Source: Halobacteriaceae archaeon
GTDB lineage: Archaea > Halobacteriota > Halobacteria > Halobacteriales > Halobacteriaceae
Length of the DNA: 64,000 bases
NCBI GenBank assembly: GCA_042216675.1
Contig: JBDGTS010000008.1
Location: 1-64,000 of the forward strand
Direction: 5' to 3'
Each line of letters opens with the position of its first letter. The first letter of the stretch is position 1. This document shows, in pieces, positions 60,683 to 64,000 of the stretch. Below the pieces are notes generated by a model that ran no database searches, was not told the DNA's origin, and was given only the letters and a program-made list of their open reading frames with translations. A program made the translations under genes and the position numbers.

Positions 60683-60906
60683 TGGTGCCCCGTGGATTCG
60701 AACCGGGGTCGCGACCCCGACTCCGACCGTGCGGTCTTTTTTCCCACGTTTTTGCGAGCGAGGTCGCTGCGCGACCGAGCGACGCCAAAAGTGGAATGGG
60801 ACCGCCCGGATTCGAACCTCAGTCGGACGCGCTCGCTTCGCTGTGCGCGACCTCCCTGCTTCGAATCCGGGGCCCCCATGCGCCGCTCACGGTGTTCGCG
60901 GCAGCA
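60683..60906 (-). repeat. Proximal tRNA-Pro 3'-end fragments with modules B and A
   Basis: 60694-60713 identical to tRNA 60918-60937; 60796-60818 identical to 60906-60928. Confidence 0.85.
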
Positions 60907-60977
60907 TGGGACCGCCCGGATTCGAACCGGGGTCGCGGGCACCCAAGGCCCGAAGTATACCACTAACCCACGGTCCC
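60907..60977 (-). tRNA. tRNA-Pro(TGG)
   Basis: GGGACCG acceptor stem pairing with CGGTCCC-A; CGGGC-CTTGGGT-GCCCG anticodon arm; GGTTCGAATCC T-arm; no intron; CCA not encoded. Confidence 0.95.
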
Positions 60978-61054
60978 GCGGATGGGACCCCACGAGCGTC
61001 GTGATGGTCCCGCTACACGCCGAGAGTCGGCCCGCCGCGCGGTAAGCGTTTCGC

Positions 61055-63109
61055 TTACCGCCGTTCGTCGTCCAGTTCGAGGTCCGCCACTACGTCGAAG
61101 GGGTCCCGGCCCTTGCGCACGCCGTCGAGAATCTGGAACGACTCCTCGGGCGAGAGGAAGTGGCGGGTCACCGCGCGACCCAGCGCCGTCGGCTCCAAGC
61201 CGTCGATGAACTCGTAGTCGAGGAGTTTCCCGACGGCCCACGTCGTGTCGATGTCGCCGACCATCCGGTCGTTGAGGCGCTTGGCGGCCGACCCGCCGAC
61301 GACGACGTTCGCCAGCGTCTCGGCGACGGCCTCGTCGGCGTCGTAGCGGGCCACCACGTCCTCCATGTCGCCCTTGAGGAGTTTGAACGCCGCCTCGTCC
61401 TCGGTCATCTCCATCGACCCGTGGTAGGAGCAGTCCGGTTCCACGAGGAGATACACTACCCCCCGGTCGTGGTAGTCCGGGCGGCCCGCACGGCCGAGCA
61501 TCTGGTGGAACTCCTGCACCGTGAGCCACTCGATGCCCATCGCCAGCGAGTCGAAGACGACCTGCGAGGCGGGGAAGTCCACCCCCGCCGCCAGCGCCGC
61601 CGTGGTGACGACGGCCGCGAGGTCCTGATTCAGGAACTGTCTCTCGACGGACTTCCGGCGACCGTAGTCGAGGCCGGCGTGGTACGGCGCGGCGTCGTAC
61701 TCCAGTTTCCGCGAAATCTCGTGACAGCGCCGCCGCGAGTTCGTGAAGATGATGGTCTGTCCCCGATACCCCTTCGAGGATTTTCGGTCGAACTCGCGCT
61801 TGACGAGGCGGTTGGCGATGCGGGGCTTCTCGCCCCCGTCGGCGAACGTGACGTGTCGCTCGACGGGGACCGGGCGCTCCTCGAACTCGATGAGTTTCGC
61901 TTCGAGACGGCGGGCGAGCCATTCGGGGTTGCCCACCGTCGCGGAGAGGTAAACCCACTGCGCGCCGCCGTAGGACGACCGATTTTCGGCGCGCGTCTCA
62001 CAGTAGTGCTTGAGCCGCGAGATGAGGCCGTCGAGGCGGTGGCCGCGCTCCTCGGCCTGCAGATTGTGTACCTCGTCGATGACGACGGTGCCGATGTCGC
62101 CCAAGTCCCGGCCCGTGCGGAGGGCGTGGTCGATGCCCTCGTAGGTGCCGACGATGACGTCGGCGTCGGGTTCGAAGCGCTCGCCGCCGTCGCGGATGCG
62201 ACTCGACCCGACGCGGATGCTCACCTCGCCGAGGTGGCCGTACTCGTCGCGGAAGTCCTCGTGCTTCTGGTTCGCGAGGGCGACGAGGGGCACCAGGAAG
62301 AGCAGTTTCCCGTCGCCGCGACACATCCGGTCGAGGCCCGCCATCTCGCCGACGAGGGTCTTCCCAGTCGCCGTCGCGGAGACGACCATCTGGTCGTCCC
62401 CGTCCAGCAGGCCGTTCTCGACGGCGAGGCTCTGGACCGGGAGCAAGGTGTCGAAGCGGTCCTCCAGCAGTTCCTGCACGTCGGGATGCAAATCGAGGTC
62501 GGAGACGGGGACGTTGTCCACGTCGTCCGTCGTCGCGCTGATCTCGTCGAACTTCGTCAGGTCGGGGTCGAGTTCGCCCGACAGCAGATTGACGACGCGT
62601 TCGAGGTCCTGCACCTCGAAGAGCAGTTCTTCGAGGCGTTCGACGGCGCTCCCGCTGACCTCGCCGTGAAAGGCGAGTTCGCGTTCGAGTTCCGCCACCG
62701 CGCAGTCGGGGCAGATGTACTCGTCGTCGGCCTCGATGGCGGTGTCGTCGGTGAGCGGCGAGTAGTCGCCGCTGTTGGCGCAGTACCGGCAGGTCCGCAC
62801 GACGGCGGCCTCCAGTTGGTAGCCGTCGAGCATCGCGCGGAGTTCGTCGCGGCCGCGCTGTGAGGTCTGCTCGGAGATGCGGATGCGCGAGGCGCGGCGC
62901 GCGATTTCCACGAACTCCTCGGGTGGCCGTGGCTCCTCGCTGTCGCCCTCTTGCACCCGGAACTTCCCGGGACGGGGGCCAGCGCTCGTCTCCTTCAGTT
63001 CGAGGACGCCGCCGAACACGCGGTCCCCGTCCCGGTACACCGCCGCGCGGTAGTCGTCGCCGGACTCGTGGAGGAACAGCGTGCCGACCTGCTGGGCCTG
63101 CGTCGCCAC
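61055..63109 (-). CDS. Archaeal Ski2-like SF2 helicase with N-terminal Zn finger (ASH-Ski2-like)
   Basis: CRYC..CPDC, SATATGKT, DEVH, SAT, YHAGL, QMLGRAGRP; GTG start inferred. Confidence 0.9.
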   Translation of the reverse strand: MATQAQQVGTLFLHESGDDYRAAVYRDGDRVFGGVLELKETSAGPRPGKFRVQEGDSEEPRPPEEFVEIARRASRIRISEQTSQRGRDELRAMLDGYQLEAAVVRTCRYCANSGDYSPLTDDTAIEADDEYICPDCAVAELERELAFHGEVSGSAVERLEELLFEVQDLERVVNLLSGELDPDLTKFDEISATTDDVDNVPVSDLDLHPDVQELLEDRFDTLLPVQSLAVENGLLDGDDQMVVSATATGKTLVGEMAGLDRMCRGDGKLLFLVPLVALANQKHEDFRDEYGHLGEVSIRVGSSRIRDGGERFEPDADVIVGTYEGIDHALRTGRDLGDIGTVVIDEVHNLQAEERGHRLDGLISRLKHYCETRAENRSSYGGAQWVYLSATVGNPEWLARRLEAKLIEFEERPVPVERHVTFADGGEKPRIANRLVKREFDRKSSKGYRGQTIIFTNSRRRCHEISRKLEYDAAPYHAGLDYGRRKSVERQFLNQDLAAVVTTAALAAGVDFPASQVVFDSLAMGIEWLTVQEFHQMLGRAGRPDYHDRGVVYLLVEPDCSYHGSMEMTEDEAAFKLLKGDMEDVVARYDADEAVAETLANVVVGGSAAKRLNDRMVGDIDTTWAVGKLLDYEFIDGLEPTALGRAVTRHFLSPEESFQILDGVRKGRDPFDVVADLELDDERR

Positions 63110-63232
63110 GACGCCGTGTAGGCCGTGGCGGTATTTCAGCGGTTCGCCTCGGCGGCGGTCGGACGCGCCGGTCATGGCCACCGATGGCTTTACCGCCGTC
63201 GTGTGAGAGAGACAACTCGATGGGTCGAAACC

Positions 63233-63631
63233 GTGGCCGATGAGTCGGGCGCCGCGCTCACGAGGCGCGGCGTCGTCTCGGGCGCCGTCGCCGCGCTCGC
63301 CGGCTGTGCGGCGCTCGACGGCGAATCGCGTCCGGACGCCGTGCCGCTCACGATGTACAGCAGTTCGTCAGAGCGTCAGCGGGTCACGGTCACGCTCACG
63401 ACGCCGGACGGCGACACCGATTTCGAGCGACACGTCACCCTCGACCCGGACGAGGCGCGGAAGTGGACGATTCAGGACCCCGCCTCCGAGTACGAGGTCC
63501 GGGTCGCCCTCGACGGCGGCCCGACGAAGACGGCGACGTGGGACGTGGGCCACTGTGTGAGCCGATTCAGTATCGCGCTCTTTCCGGAGAACTCCGACGA
63601 GGCCATCTCGTTCGGCGCGCCGGCCTGCTGA
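63233..63631 (+). CDS. Small Tat lipoprotein
   Basis: TRRGVV..LAGC. Confidence 0.72.
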   Translation: MADESGAALTRRGVVSGAVAALAGCAALDGESRPDAVPLTMYSSSSERQRVTVTLTTPDGDTDFERHVTLDPDEARKWTIQDPASEYEVRVALDGGPTKTATWDVGHCVSRFSIALFPENSDEAISFGAPAC

Positions 63632-63675
63632 GTTGGGCCCCCGCTTTTATGCTCGCGGGCACCCGTCGTTCTCCC

Positions 63676-64000
63676 ATGCGAAGTTTCACCGTCGGTCGGA
63701 TCTACGGCATCCCCATCCGCCTCGACCTGACGCTCCTCCTGATTCTCCCCCTGCTGGCGTGGCTCATCGGGGGACAGGTCGAACTGTGGGTGACCAATCT
63801 CAACGGCATCGGTGCGAACATCGACGCCGCGCCGCTGACGAGCGGGTCGACCCCGATGATTCTCGGGGCCGCGGCCGCAATCGGTCTCTTCCTCGGGGTG
63901 TTGCTCCACGAACTCGGACACTCGGTGGTCGCCATCCACTACGGCTACCCCATCGACTCCATCACGCTCTGGATTCTGGGCGGCATCGCGCAGTTCACCG
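63676..64000 (+). CDS. Site-2 (M50) metalloprotease, truncated by the window end
   Basis: MRSFTVGRIYGIPIRLD..LLHELGH; not in the ORF track. Confidence 0.88.
   Translation, partial: MRSFTVGRIYGIPIRLDLTLLLILPLLAWLIGGQVELWVTNLNGIGANIDAAPLTSGSTPMILGAAAAIGLFLGVLLHELGHSVVAIHYGYPIDSITLWILGGIAQFT

Noticed and set aside
59107-60906. CRISPR array or extra tRNA genes
   Set aside because: The repeats are partial tRNA 3' ends lacking D and anticodon arms, and the spacers are long and homologous to each other.
49277-60906. A provirus or autonomous integrative element at tRNA-Pro
   Set aside because: No integrase, replication or virion genes, and no tRNA-end copy noticed near the mcm boundary.

Overview
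GC-rich haloarchaeal (Halobacteria) chromosomal DNA, judged from the acidic proteome, TFB, MCM, haloarchaeal-type 2Fe-2S ferredoxin and PibD. Positions 1-49.2 kb are mostly housekeeping: trmB, nifU, usp, recJ, hemD-cobA-hemC-hemL-(lrp-glnK-amt)-hemB, biotin ECF transporter, a solo Cas4-like gene, sua5, hisB/hisA/hisI, two PiT transporters, fer, pibD, a phosphohexomutase, prs, ileS and an intein-containing mcm. Two loci stand out. (1) A cassette at 39.1-44.1 kb has two ParA/MinD homologues (one with a dead Walker A), an extra TFB, an HTH-like protein and a coiled-coil protein; it is organised around a 35-bp palindrome centred exactly between two divergent TATA boxes. (2) An accessory region at 49.3-60.9 kb (sulfatase, GT87, Tat-secreted proteins, LOV histidine kinase, frameshifted receiver) ends at tRNA-Pro(TGG). 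That tRNA is followed by an array of ~110-bp hairpin modules separated by copies of the tRNA 3' end, enclosing an integrase-less lipoprotein cassette. No CRISPR array, rRNA, integrase or transposase was seen. Family assignments come from motif recognition by eye, not database searches, and many starts were trimmed from the ORF track.
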